From NCBI RefSeq assembly GCF_000181795.1, contig NW_003526940.1, positions 1,778,571 to 1,842,570 of the forward strand: a DNA stretch of 64,000 nucleotides, written 5' to 3'. Below are positions 1 through 20,301 of the stretch, in pieces. This DNA is from Trichinella spiralis (lineage: Eukaryota). Positions within the stretch are counted from its first letter, which is position 1, and each line of letters starts with the position of its first letter. The notes under the pieces are model-generated. The model did no database searches. It saw only the letters and a program-made list of their open reading frames with translations, and was not told where the DNA came from. A program made the position numbers and the translations under genes.

Positions 1-1143
1 AGCGGGCAGGATATGCTACACTGAAAGACAGTAAGTTTCTATTTGAAAAAGAATATGCACTGGCATGTTATTATTCAAAAAAACCTTTCATTTTAGTATC
101 AGTTCGTCTGAAATCTGTTAAAAATATTCAAAAAATTACCCAAAGTATGAAAATGGTAGCGGCAGCGAAGTATTCTCGTTCTGAAAGGGATCTTCGCCCT
201 GCGAGACCATTCGGCGAAGGTTCTAAAGGTATGTATTTTATTTACCATTTTTGATTAATTTCTATTTTTGTTAATTTTATAAATTTCATTTAGAATTTTA
301 TAAATTTCTCAGTTTAAACGAAGAAACACCAAAAAAGGCGAATCATCTGATGATTGTTTTAACGAGTGACCGTGGTTTGTGCGGCGCCGTTCATTCCAAC
401 TTGGGCAAAATGGTTAAACAAGATATGCAAGACAAACCTGACAATGTAGATGTGAAAATTGTTTGCATTGGTGACAAGTCGAAGGCAATTTTAACTCGGT
501 AAAGAATTTGTTTATTTATGCATACGAGGATTCATTTTTTTCCATAGTGTTTTTCCGGAAAACATACTGATGACCGTGAATGATATTGGGAAAAAGCCTC
601 CGACGTTCGAAGATGCCCGCCAAATAGTGCAGGAAATTTTGAACTCTGGTTACACCTTTGACCAAGGGGACATTTATTACAATCGCTTCAAGTTTGTCTG
701 AGAAAGTGTTGAAAATTTTCATATATTTAAATTTTATCTTCAGAACTGTCGTATCTTATCAGTCTACGAAGTCGCCAATCTTTAGTCGAGCAACGATCAT
801 GGATTCTCAGAATTTTAATATTTACGATTCCGTTGACGAAAGCACATTTGAATCTTTTTTCGAATACAATTTGACTTCATTGCTTTTTTGCGCACTTAAA
901 GAAAATGCATGTTCAGAGCAGAGTTCAAGAATGAGCGCCATGGATTCTGCCAGCAAGAATGCGAGTAAGAAATTCATCTTAGCATATAAATGAATTGGAT
1001 AATTGGAGTATTGCATTTTTCTGTCTGTCTTTCTTTTTTTAGGTGAAATGATTCGTGTTTTGAGCTTACAGTACAATCGCACTCGACAGGCGGTAATTAC
1101 CAGAGAGCTCATCGATATTGTGGTTGGTGCTTCGGCCTTGTAA
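1..1143 (+). CDS. ATP5F1C: Mitochondrial ATP synthase F1 gamma subunit, multi-exon, 5'-partial
   Basis: Spliced translation: [86 protein letters not shown]. Short GT-AG introns; TAA at 1141-1143. Confidence 0.96.
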
Positions 1144-1716
1144 AAATTTAAGGAATATGATTCACAGATCCAACTCTGTTGCCTGCCAGTTTTCTAAAGC
1201 TATTATTTTATTTTGCTGTGCTTTTTTCTTATCTTTGGTATTCAGTAGTTCAGTTGATTTGAAAATGAAAAAGGAATATTTATAAAATTATAATTTTGAA
1301 ATAATTTATTTCATTTAAGTGCACTTTTCAAGGTGTTTTGTAATGGAGTAAAAGTGAAATGTGACAGAATATGAGGAAAATATCATATATGAAGTAAATA
1401 TTGTCAACAATTTTGATTCACAAGCTTTTGCTATTGCAATAGTGTTCAATGAACAAAAAGATGAATAATGTAAATTTCGAAATTTTACTTAAAAATGTTC
1501 ACGGTTTCATTTAAACAATTTCGTTGTGCTAAACGGTAAGGTACAATGTTTGTCGTTGTTTATGATCAGAAATAAAATGGAAACAGAATTGTTTCATAGC
1601 CAGTTCTGTGATTTGCATATTCAAATTATACATCACAAAATATGGAACAAATATACAATAAAATAATGGGGTATAAAAAAAGTAACAATACAATAATCTC
1701 CATTCTATATGTACAA

Positions 1717-2969
1717 TTATTGTTGGTTGTTCGAGTTAAAATTATAATTTTCAGGGAGTCGGAAAACGTTGGTGACATTTTCAGACTGACCGAGCGGTCT
1801 CAGAGCTACACTGGGCGAAATGGCGACTCTTCGCAAGTGACAACTGACCACTTCTCGAATTAAATTCAAATACGAGGCGTGGTTTTGATTTTCATAATGC
1901 TTTTTCAATTCAGGACGAAGCAAATATTTCGGCTTGAACATTTCACGATACTCGCAGGTCAGTGGAATGTGGTTGGGCACGTCTTTGCGAACCAAAAGGG
2001 ACGTTTCGTACGCCCAACAGCGGGCAACATTTTTCAAAGTATAGCCACCGCCCCCGACGACCAGCATAGGCAAATTGAAATCTCTGACAAAACTAACACA
2101 TACTCCGTGATCTTCGATACCCAAAGAAAAATGACCCAACCGGTCACAAGCCAACGAATCAGCTCCACATTGTAGCACAATAACAGAAGGTAGAAAGCTT
2201 TCCACAGCCAGACGCAACAACGGCTTCACCGCTTGTTCAAACGTGGCCAACGTGGCGCCCTCTTTCAGTGGAATATTTACGGCAAAATATTTTCCTGGTC
2301 CAATGCCGATTTCATCCGGCAAACCAGTGCCAGGGAAGAATCCTTCGGAAAATTGGTGCGATGAAAATGTCAACACGCGATCACTTTGTATAAACGCTTC
2401 TTGGACACCATCCCCATGATGGACATCAATATCCACGTACAACACTCGAGGATAATATTTCAACAGTTCCAATATGGCAAGAACAATGTCGTTTATGTAG
2501 CAAAAGCCGGAAGCTTTGGACATTTTCGCGTGATGCAAGCCACCGGACCAATTGATCGCAATGTCCGCTTTCCCATGGTTCAGATGGGAAGCAGCCGCCA
2601 AACTGGCGCCGGCATAAGAAGCACAATAATCATAAAGACCATGAAAAAATGGACAATCTGTATCTAAATAACTGCGAACGATTTCCTGATTTTGATGGTG
2701 GAAATTGTGAATGTTCAATTGTTTCAAAAAATCCACATAAGCTGGAGCGTGGAATTCTTTTAAATTTTCATCACTAGCCGGCATCGCCATATAAGTATCC
2801 ATATATTTGGTCAATCCGTACTGATAAACCAAACTGTTCGTCACGGCTACTCTTTGTGGTTTCATTGGATGACCAGGTCCGTAGTGATGATCACCAACAT
2901 ACGGTGATATGAAATAAGCTACGCGTTTTCTCTTAAAAAGAAATAAAAATCAACAAAAATTTTTACCAT
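1717..2969 (-). CDS. HDAC3: Class I histone deacetylase, HDAC3-type (about 405 aa)
   Basis: GHPMKPQR, GGLHHAK, SGFCYINDIV, YVDIDVHHGDGVQEAF, FFPGTG, QCGADSLACDRLG, GGGGYT. VQEAF and FFPGTG match HDAC3 rather than HDAC1/2. Model: ATG 2969-2967, intron 2966-2932, exon 2931-1717 starting RKRVAYF. Confidence 0.92.
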
Positions 2970-2994
2970 GTTTAATTAATTGTATTCATTTAAT

Positions 2995-3507
2995 TTTAAA
3001 AGATGAAATGGTCCAGGTTCGGGCCATATTTTCACCTCGTTTTCTTATTGGTCATTAAATGCGCAATTTTATTGGACCTTCGGGCCGTTGTCTTATTGGT
3101 TGATTGAAACAAGCTCAATATAATTCTCGAATAATAAATATTTTCATTATTAATGTTACGTCACTGCTATTGAAATTACGTAATTCTAAATGAAATATTC
3201 GAACCAATGAAATGAAAAAAATATTACAGCTAATCACAACTGAAATCCAGAGATGGTTCTAGTTGACTCTTAGAGAAGGTCCCGACCTGCACCGTTCGCT
3301 AGGGATTTTTGAGGGCCTTTTCCCCCTCCTTTTCTTAGGTGACTCTCAAAGACAAAATAATGAAAATATTTATTATTCGAAAATTATTTCAATCAACGAA
3401 TAAGACAACGGTATAAAGGTCGCATAAAATAGCGCATTTAACCACCAATAATAAAACGAGGTCAAAGTATGGTCCGAACTGGACCAAACCTAAAAAGATC
3501 TTTTAAA
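2995..3507. mobile_element. Foldback/MITE-like element with about 140-bp imperfect inverted arms
   Basis: 3009-3150 is an imperfect reverse complement of 3357-3486 (TGGTCCAG...AATAATAAATATTTTCATTAT). Outer TTTAAAAGAT (2995-3004) pairs with ATCTTTTAAA (3498-3507). No ORF inside. Confidence 0.7.
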
Positions 3508-5872
3508 GTGAGCACTATTTGTCGACAACGAGCGTCGTCTGGTGAATAACAAAGCAAATTACTAGCGCCGCACAGTGAGCGAAATTCAAAAAGCAGTACA
3601 ATGATGTTCAATTCTAATTTATTGATGTAATTTTGTAAGATACATTTTTAAATGCAAAAAAATAAATACACAAACAAGAAAAGTTTAATTTTAACTTTCT
3701 CAGCGTGAACGGTATTAATAAAATTTATTTCTATTAATGTTGATTATTGAAAATAAAATAACATTTAAAGCAGGCACATATTTCTTTTAACTGTTTGACA
3801 TAAGCTTTTTTTATGAACTTATTTTATGCAAGCTACAAATAATAGTACTGAAAAAGCATAGCGGTTATAGTATAATTAATATTTTGTCAGTTTACTATTG
3901 TTTATTAAAAACGTTTAAATTAACATGAAAACAAAAGAAATTGACAACGGAAAGCTTTTTTCGCATTCAGAAAATTATAAATGTTGCTTATATAATTTCT
4001 GTTAAAATACACGCAATGCATTCTTCTTGTTTGCCACTTTGCAGTTTGGTGCCAACTGCAATTTTGATTAAAAAAATTTTCAGCTTCACACTAAGTTGCA
4101 TTGGTCAAGTTTACAGCCGTATAAAAATATGTCGATAACATTAATGAGTAAATATTGGTGAAAAACTTTTCAGCAAGAGATTTGCGCCTATTGTGCCCTC
4201 GAAATGTCCCAATGTATATGCGGTGCTTTACTTCTTTGTTAATCAGTAAATTCATTTTTATTCAGAAAAATGAAAAAAACCTCAAATTATGCTGATTAAA
4301 AAATCTTAGCTGCTATATTAGTATTTTATAATAAATTCATACAACTGCAAAAAAGTATTTGCTCAGCAGATATTGCTAGTGTCAACGGCAAAAAACAATG
4401 TCCACTTCGAAAGAGAAAATAAAATTAAATGCTAAACAAAAAAGTTTAAATATTAAAAAAAAGTATCAAAAAGCTTCAAGCTGAAAAAATCAACAGGTAT
4501 GGAAGCTATGGCAAAAAATGCAAAATTAAATTATAGTGAAATAGTGTGAATTAAAATCATTAGCACAAAACATTAATTTATGAATAATGACACGTATCAT
4601 TCTGTTAGCCAAGCATTGAACAAATGAAACCATAACTAGAAATAAAAATTAACCTATGAAATAAAATAATAAAAATCTTAAAAGGTACTTCTTATTTTAG
4701 AATGTTTGAAGCAACATAACATAGCAGTTGAAAACTGCTACTAGTTTCCTTTCCCCAATTACAATTTATTCAAAGCAAACAAAATTTCACTTTCGAAAAA
4801 CCATGACTAATCTATTAATTTAACTCAATCGACGAATACGTTTTACATAAAAATATTAATATTATTGTTTATTAAACATTAAAAGTATTAGATTGTAAAA
4901 ACTTACCGATTCCACGTCCATTGTTTTAAAGGACCGTAATTCCTTTATCCCAACAAGCTGCAATTGAAATTCAGTCGACTGGTTATCCTAAATGTTCCGT
5001 TTGTCAAACAGCTTATATTCTCCAAAATCATTTAACTGGCATATTCCACATTTGCACTTTTATTAAATGAAAAATTAAATTTTCTAAGAAAAATTTTCTG
5101 AAATGCATTGATAAATAACAAAGTAATAAATAGAGTAAGAAAAATAAATAAATAAATAAATTTATAATTGAAAAAAATGAAATAATAAGCATAAAAGTGA
5201 ACATAAAATAATATGACATCTGGTGCAAATGTGTACCATATTTACAAAAGACAATATCTCTGTACAAGAAATACAATAAAAAATGAAATAACAAGGAACA
5301 ATACCGTAGCTTTTTAATGAAGATTTTTAACGTTTAGGTAACAATAAAAAATAATTGCTCACTTGTTTTGAACTAATCAAAAAGTTTTGTTGAATAAATG
5401 AAAATTTCTTGATATACTGCTTAAGTTTTATCTGATTTATACTAATATTGCATCTAAACAATAATGAACATCAACAAAATTATAAACAACTTTTGCAAAA
5501 ATAGTATTACAGTACTTTTAAAGTAAAATTTGAAAATTAATGCATTTAAAACTTGTTTAAAAGTGTTCAGAATTTTAAACTATGTATATTAATAAATTAT
5601 AATGCAAAAAATTTATTTTTGTAAATAATAAATGCATGTGAATAATTCATTTTGAAATAGACAATGGCATACTGTAAAATGTCATGAAAAAACATGAACT
5701 TATTTTGTTTATATTACTGTCGTTGGAAAATATGTCTGACATCGTCATGCATAAAATGTATATGAAATTAATTATTTATTAAATTAGAATTTTTTAATTA
5801 AAAAATATATATAGCCTTGATTTTTTTAAAATTACAGTAACAAAGGAATATTGTTTTTTGTTGTTGTATGTG

Positions 5873-7997
5873 ATGATTTCCAAAGATGAATACTTAAAGC
5901 GCTACATAGGTGGAGAAACTCAACCGAAGAAGAAAAAAAAGAAACTTGTTCGGAAATTAAATCGGTAATCTATTGAAGATAAAACAGTTTAATTAAAAGC
6001 AAGTATACAGTTGAATTTTTTTAGAAAACTGCGTAAGGTAGTTGTGCTGATTTGTTTGATCCATTTTATTTAGTGGACTGAATTTAGCTGATTAATAATT
6101 TTGTTCATTATAGAATTTAATTTTCTTCAAAATGAGCCTGTTTTATTCATGTTTTGCTGAATTGATAAGAAACGATCTATTTTAGTGTTAAAATAGTTGA
6201 AGAGGAAGCTTTTCTAACTGTTAAACAAGAAAAGCAAGAAGAGTCACTATCTGATGAAGATAAGCCGGTTCTTGCGCTTCAAGGCAACAAAACAGATGAA
6301 TTGCGGTTACTGGGAAAGTTTTCTACTAGTCGGTGGATCCAGGCAGAAGGTATGCATTGGAATGTTTTGTAAATGAAACTGTTTAAAAGTGGCTCAGTAT
6401 GGTTGCCATAATTGAAATATAAATATCGGAAACGTTTTTAGATGCAGTTGAAAGTGGGGAAAATGCGAGTGCATCTCAAGAAAACTATGATGGACTGCGA
6501 CGACTTCGACACGATTCGGAGAATTCAGGTGATTGTTGTTTTTAAGAGGAATAAATAGAAGAATAAATTCTTTTTTAAGATGAAATTTAAAATATTTTCC
6601 TATATTTGTATTTTCCCAATAATTTTTTCTCGAGAATTTGTTTTTTGTTTGTTTCATTGTTGAATGAATGCAAATTTTCAGAAGAGACCAAGGAATGTGT
6701 TGGAACTGAATCGGAAAATTTCGCCTTCAATGTAAAATGGAAATCTTCATCGGCCAAACAATTGGTGCTTGATGAGAGAAAAATCAAGCAGGAAGAAGAT
6801 GTTGAAGAGAATAAAGTTGCTGATAGACGTGAGTCGCCAGATTTGGATTTTTTGAAACGTAAGCGACGGCGCAGTGTGGATCTTTCTCCGCCTCGTCGTC
6901 GACGTCGGAGACGTGAATCTTCTTCATCTTCGAGTCGAGAAGCCAGTGCAGAAGAGCGCCCATTTGAACAGTAAGAAATGCACATGCATGCTTAGCGTAT
7001 GTTAAAAATGAAATTTATCATTTGCAAATGAAACGGTGATATTTTCAGCAGAAGGAATTCAAACAAATCTGCTGATCGCCGGAGGAGAAGCCGATCGAGG
7101 TCGAGATCAGAATGTTCTGATCAATCACTTCCAAGGCGTCGCCACCAACGTCGTCATAGTTCATCTTCTTCATATTCACCGAACCGGAGAGCGGATAGAA
7201 AAGTCTGGAAAAGCAAGGATTATTCAAATAAAGACAGAAGAGCAAACGTTGAAAGCAGAAGCAGATCTCCATTTCATCGACGAAGTAAACAAAGCAATGA
7301 AGGTGCTGGTGATGATCGTCGTAAAAATTCTGTATTGAACGCATCACAACCGACTTGTGTAATTATTATTATTTTTTCATCACTTTACATTGGGATTCGA
7401 TTTGTTCTTTTATTACAATAGTCAGATGACAGTTGGATGGGACGTGATGCGGAGACTGTGGTCAGGAAGAAGATGACTAAGCAGAAAAAGGATGAAGAAA
7501 CCGAAGAACAGAAACAACGGAGAGAAGAGATGGAAAAGCGTTATGAACTTTGGAATAAAGGGTAATTATTAATTGATATCAGTGTAATATGGGTTTATTT
7601 GATAAATGTGTATTGATGATGATCGATTTTCCGTTTGTTCAGCGTAAAGCAGGCCAAGGAACGTGAAGAGAGATTACAAGATATGGCGAAAGAGATTGAC
7701 AAACCGTTTGCAAGGTATGAAGATGATGCAGATTTGGACGAGATGTTGAAGAAGATGGAATATGAAGAAGATCCAATGTTGGAATACATTCGACGGAAAA
7801 GGAGAAAAAAGAATCCTGAATTGCCGAAATATAAAGGACCACCGCCCTTGCCGAATCGGTATTCAATCTTGCCCGGGGTGCGTTGGGATGGCGTGGATAG
7901 ATCGAATGGATTTGAAACTCGTCTTCTGTCACAAGCGAATTTGAAAAAAGCTGAACAAGAAGAATTTTACAAGTGGACAGCGGGTCATTATGAATAA
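5873..7997 (+). CDS. BUD13: BUD13 homolog (RES complex splicing factor), multi-exon
   Basis: N-terminus MISKDEYLKRYIG, central RS/SP-rich region, C-terminal EEDPMLEYI...PNRYSILPGVRWDGVDRSNGFE Bud13 signature. Confidence 0.92.
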
Positions 7998-8298
7998 TTA
8001 TTCATAAATTCATCATGCACTGTGACGTCAGTGTACATTAAAAACCACTGCTTTTGTTTGCTGTTGAATTTTTCAACTTTTTTTCTTTACTATATTTAAT
8101 ACATTATTGTGTAATACATTGTTTAAAAAGGTTTAAAATGATGAAAATTTTAAAGTTGTGATTAAAATTTTAATTCGATTAAATTTCTTCAGTTCATCAA
8201 CTAAGAAGATGAAAGCGAAAAAATAGTTATCGTATTATTATCATTATGGGTTATTTTTTTTAAATTTTCATTTCTTTCAGGAATAATTTGATGAATTG

Positions 8299-9159
8299 AT
8301 GAATATTATTGTTCTAATAATACTATTGGCAATAATGATTTTTTCATTTTTTTACAAAATGATACTGTCATTATTGAAAAAAGAGGTGGAAGAAAAAAAA
8401 TTGTCAGCAAATGAAGTGAGGGAAGATTTGAAAAATAGCTACAAATCGAGCATGACTGGTAACGGTGATGAATTGAAAAATGATGTTGGAAATGGTACAA
8501 CTGGAAAAGATATGGACGACGATGATGATGATGATGACGATGATGAAGCAGATTTGAAAACGGATTCAACTCTTCTGTTGGTTAATTCGGAAATGTTTGA
8601 TATAAGCATTTCTTTGAGTGACGAAGTTATCGATGATGAATTTTCAATTGGCATAAAAATGGAAGATTTTGAAAACAGTGATAATAATAGCAGTGGTGGA
8701 AGTGAAAGCGAAATATCAATTAAAGAGAAAGAGATCGAGTTGAACCACCAGCAGGATAAGAAAAATCTGTTTCAAGCAATTCCAAGTGCAGATGAAAAAT
8801 TGCATAAAAGATTATCGGATGTTGATGAACAAGGAGAAAATTTCAATGCTAGCAAAGCCGAACGTGAACAACAGTCAAAATGCAAGATGGCCACCACTGA
8901 TGGTAGTGGTGGTGGTGGTGGTGGCACGAGCGAAGAACACAAAGAGCCTAAATATCATCACAGTACGCGCACCCATGACGAAGCAAAGACAATCTTAGGA
9001 CAGAAGAAGAATTTGACGAAAAATGATGATTCAACTTTCCAGACGGTGCAGTATGCTGAAAGTGAACTGCTTCGAATGAGGAAAGCGGTAACGAAAGAAT
9101 CTTCTTCTCAGAATACACAAAAATCTGATGCAACTCAACCAGTGACTGGTAAAAAGTAG
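8299..9159 (+). CDS. Hypothetical protein with N-terminal hydrophobic anchor/signal and acidic low-complexity body
   Basis: About 286-codon open frame in very AT-rich DNA; MNIIVLIILLAIMIFSFFY, then poly-D and poly-G tracts. No family recognised; ends uncertain. Confidence 0.6.
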   Translation: MNIIVLIILLAIMIFSFFYKMILSLLKKEVEEKKLSANEVREDLKNSYKSSMTGNGDELKNDVGNGTTGKDMDDDDDDDDDDEADLKTDSTLLLVNSEMFDISISLSDEVIDDEFSIGIKMEDFENSDNNSSGGSESEISIKEKEIELNHQQDKKNLFQAIPSADEKLHKRLSDVDEQGENFNASKAEREQQSKCKMATTDGSGGGGGGTSEEHKEPKYHHSTRTHDEAKTILGQKKNLTKNDDSTFQTVQYAESELLRMRKAVTKESSSQNTQKSDATQPVTGKK

Positions 9160-10109
9160 TTCTGAAAAGCATACAACGACGATGAATCAGTGAAAAAGAT
9201 GCTCAACCAACACATTTGCATACACGTGTTTGTATGTACAAAGATTATTACACAGGCTTGAATTTCAAAGCCTGAAACGACTGAGATGGGAACAGACTTG
9301 TTATTTATCTATTTTGATTTCGATAGCACACACATCAGTAGAGAGCCAAAGGTTTTCTTTCCGGATACAGTATACGATCTTTTTTCTGTTTCAATTGTTT
9401 TAGCTGAATAAAAAATGCTTCTTTCAGATTTGAAATATTTGTTCTACAAATAACTAAACATGATCTCGTCGTAAAAGATCAAAATTGTAACACTGCGTAC
9501 AAAATATTCTTTCTGCTTTAATGTGGTTTTGCATATTTTTCAAATTAACAATAAGATATTCATTCTTGTACAAATAAGTGTCAATGTATACATTACACAA
9601 ACACGCTATATATATCGATATATGCATGTATATATATATATAATTCTTGTTCAAGTATATAAAAGTATAAATGAAAAACAAAATTAAAGAATTATATATA
9701 TATATATTCTTAAATATACCAACTCGTAAAAATATAATAAAAACATCAGTTAGTTTAGCTTTAAAAACATGCAAAACAAATTTCTCTCATCACACACAGG
9801 CATCGTCGTTTAAAATGGTTTTCTTCTCCTTGTAAAAGAATTTTTTAAAAGTAAACAATAAAATGTGTATAATAATAAAAAACAAAATATAGGATGAAAT
9901 AAGAAATTGATTAAAAATAGATGAATATAAATAAAAATGAGTATTTGTTTGTTTGTTTGTTTCATGATTAGACTGCCGATCCCTGATGATGACAGAGAGG
10001 CGCATGATGTATAATTATTATTTGTATTTAATTGCAGCAAACTTTGCAAGCAACCACGACCGCACACCACTACTGATGGGTGAAGTGAAGCTGACTTTGT
10101 GATTGACAA

Positions 10110-17606
<7,497 letters not shown>

Positions 17607-17791
17607 ATTTGGATAATTGTTCACCGGGATTTTTCCTGCTGAATATGCAGACGAAGCATATATCGCTCTTCCGTCAGCACCTACTGCTACTGGCGCTGCA
17701 GTCGGTAGTGGTTATTTCGACATTTGTAATCTTTCATTTTATTACAATTATATGTTTTCACTTCAAATATTTTACGAAAAANNNNNNNNNN

Positions 17792-18647
17792 TAAATGGAA
17801 TCGCGTCCTCACTACACGTCTAGTAGTTGCTGTAATTTGGTAGTTGCTGCCCCATGCACCTGTCAATAATTAAACGTTGAAATCCCAAACATTTAAAAAA
17901 TTACAACATGAATATGGGTGGCATAGACCTGAAGAATATGCTTTCTGTTCTATACCGCATCGAACACAAAAGTCGAAAATGGACCCGTCGCATTTTCTTT
18001 TGGATCATCAGCACTGCCATGACAAATGCATGGCAACTGTATAAGAGGGACAGAAAAGAGATGCCTGGACCATGCACAGGCACATTGGACCTATTAAGCT
18101 TCACTTGCCAAGTTAGTCAGTCCTTGTGTCTTGTGAACAAGCCTATTGCAACTTCCAGAAGCCATTCTCGTGCGTCTTCTCCAACGCCACCCCTGGCGTC
18201 AAGACGATTGGGAAGACGACCAACTGACGTCTCAAAAGAAGTAGCAAAGGACCAAACTAGCCACTGACCAAAAATCACTCAAACACTAAGAAGGTGCAGA
18301 CTGTGCTCTAAGTTAGCCACGTGCCTGTGCAAAAAATGCAGTATTTGCCTATGCCTAAGTAGCAACAGAAACTGCTTTACAGAATTCCATAACTAAATAA
18401 ATATTTCTCTGCCTATTACTGCATGATTGCGTACATAAGAACAATAAACGTATGCACAATTAGTTATAGAAACGTGTACTCCTTTGAGGCCCAGTGTATC
18501 AATTTTGATACAGCTCTAAAAATGGCAATAATATTATTCAAACAATAAATCCTATTGGAAGTTTCATAAACACACCATAACATGTTTAAAACGCATATTT
18601 AAAAAAAGATTATTTCACAGAAAAAATTGCTGGTCTGAAAGGGTTAA
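17792..18647 (+). mobile_element. piggyBac transposon relic (3' part of transposase and right end)
   Basis: YNMNMGGIDLKNMLSVLYRIEHKSRKWTRRIFFWIISTAMTNAWQLY, in-frame TGA (H*P, usually HWP), Cys-rich tail RRCRLCSKLATCLCKKCSICLCLSSNRNCFTEFHN* (stop 18394-18396). Ends AAAGGG at 18643 then TTAA at 18644-18647. Left part lost at the N gap. Confidence 0.9.
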
Positions 18648-20301
18648 AATTCATGTTAATTTTTTCTGGCACATCTGTTATTTAAAAAATACATGAATAT
18701 ATATATATATATATAGTAATATGAATGCGCAAAATGAAATCACCAACATGGAGATTATTGATTAGTGATAGAATTAAAATATTTAATACGCATTCAATCC
18801 AAATTTTTTTTAATTTTTTTCACGCGTAAAATCACATCCACAGGCGGGCCACATACAGCCGGTTGCCCATGATTTGGACAGCTTTGATGCAAAAGATTAC
18901 GACAAAACGATTTTGCATTGTTGCCAATTTTGCAGTTCAATTTTTTAGTAATAAATTTACAAAAGCGTAGAGCTGTGAATGTTTTCATTTGATCAGCCTA
19001 GAATTGTAAGCATTTGATAAAAAGCATGATTCAAATGACAACAGCTTCTTTTTACATCAAAAATTTTTAAATAAATAAAAAAATATATGATAGTGCACTG
19101 AAATTTTTAAAGCACTCCAAAAAACTGAAGAACAGCGTCCGTACTGCAAATATTTAAACAGCGAATATTAGGGATAATAATATGCATCACGTTAAAATAT
19201 TACTTTTTCTATTTGCTATTTGCTTATTTCTTCAATACAGATTATTGCATTGTTCAATAATAAAATTGCGTAATAATGCCACTCTAACAGGATAATAATA
19301 ATAATAACAATAATAATAGTAATCAACATTATTTTTTAAGAGTTACCTGATAATTTTATGTTGTGCTATCAAAAGTGTATATTTTTTTATTTAAAAATCT
19401 CAATTTTATGCTGCAAATTTAATTGCATTGAGTAATTTGCAGCAACTTGTTTTAGTGTTGAAACAAATATACATACATCTTTGTTTAATAAGGATGATTA
19501 TTACAAATTTTTAGTGGATAAACTGTACAAAAAAGTAACCTTTAAAGATTTTGAAACACACATAAATATTAGCTTGCATTTTGAAACTAACAATAAAAAT
19601 ATTAATAATTTTGCCAACTGCAAAGTTTGAGAGTAACAGCGCAATATCACCATGATATAGAAAATAATGATTTTATTATTTTAAAAAATGGCAAATTATT
19701 CATTCAATCGTGAAGTTTCTTATTTAATTTTCTTTTCATTATTTTATCTTATATAATACACAAATATATGAAATTAAGCATATCTGGAAAAATATGTTCA
19801 TAGAAAAAACTAAAATTACCAAATGTCAACTTTATTTTTTATGTATTTTTAATCATAATACTTCAGTTATGAAATGAAACTGTGATTTATTTTAAAAGTT
19901 TTTTCAGCTAAAGATCAAGGATTGAAATTTCTTATAATTAGCTGTTTCAAAAATAATTATAAATATTTACATATTATTCAGTATCATTTTTATTTGATAA
20001 TAAATCTAATAAAAAATACCTTGCTAATACTATCTCAATGTTAAATTGGGGCACTGTGAGAGAGCAGAAAGCCAGTACCGCAGAAAATTTAGCTTCTGGT
20101 TGACGTTTCATTCTTACGACATTTATTTAACAACTTTTTTTGAATAGATGACATATATGACTGAATTGACAATGGTATATTTGTACAGAAGGTTTAATTG
20201 TTCAAATTAATCATTCTATACAAATTTAAATAAATAATGATTACATATATATATTCATATTCACATATTAATATTCAGAAAAAAATCAGCAAAAAGGTTT
20301 A

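Noticed and set aside
4900..5100. Minus-strand exon-like segment ending in GTAAGT
   Set aside because: No partner exons or recognisable protein; stops in all frames nearby.
8209..8280. Upstream coding exon for the 8299 ORF
   Set aside because: The ATG at 8209 reads MKAKK*, and no splice gives an open frame into the ORF.
19182..19534. Signal-peptide-like ORF MHHVKILLFLFAIC plus a 20-nt candidate exon as the 5' end of the micro-exon gene
   Set aside because: The exon at 20302 gives a better signal peptide, a GTAAGC donor and phase 0. The upstream pieces could not be linked in frame.
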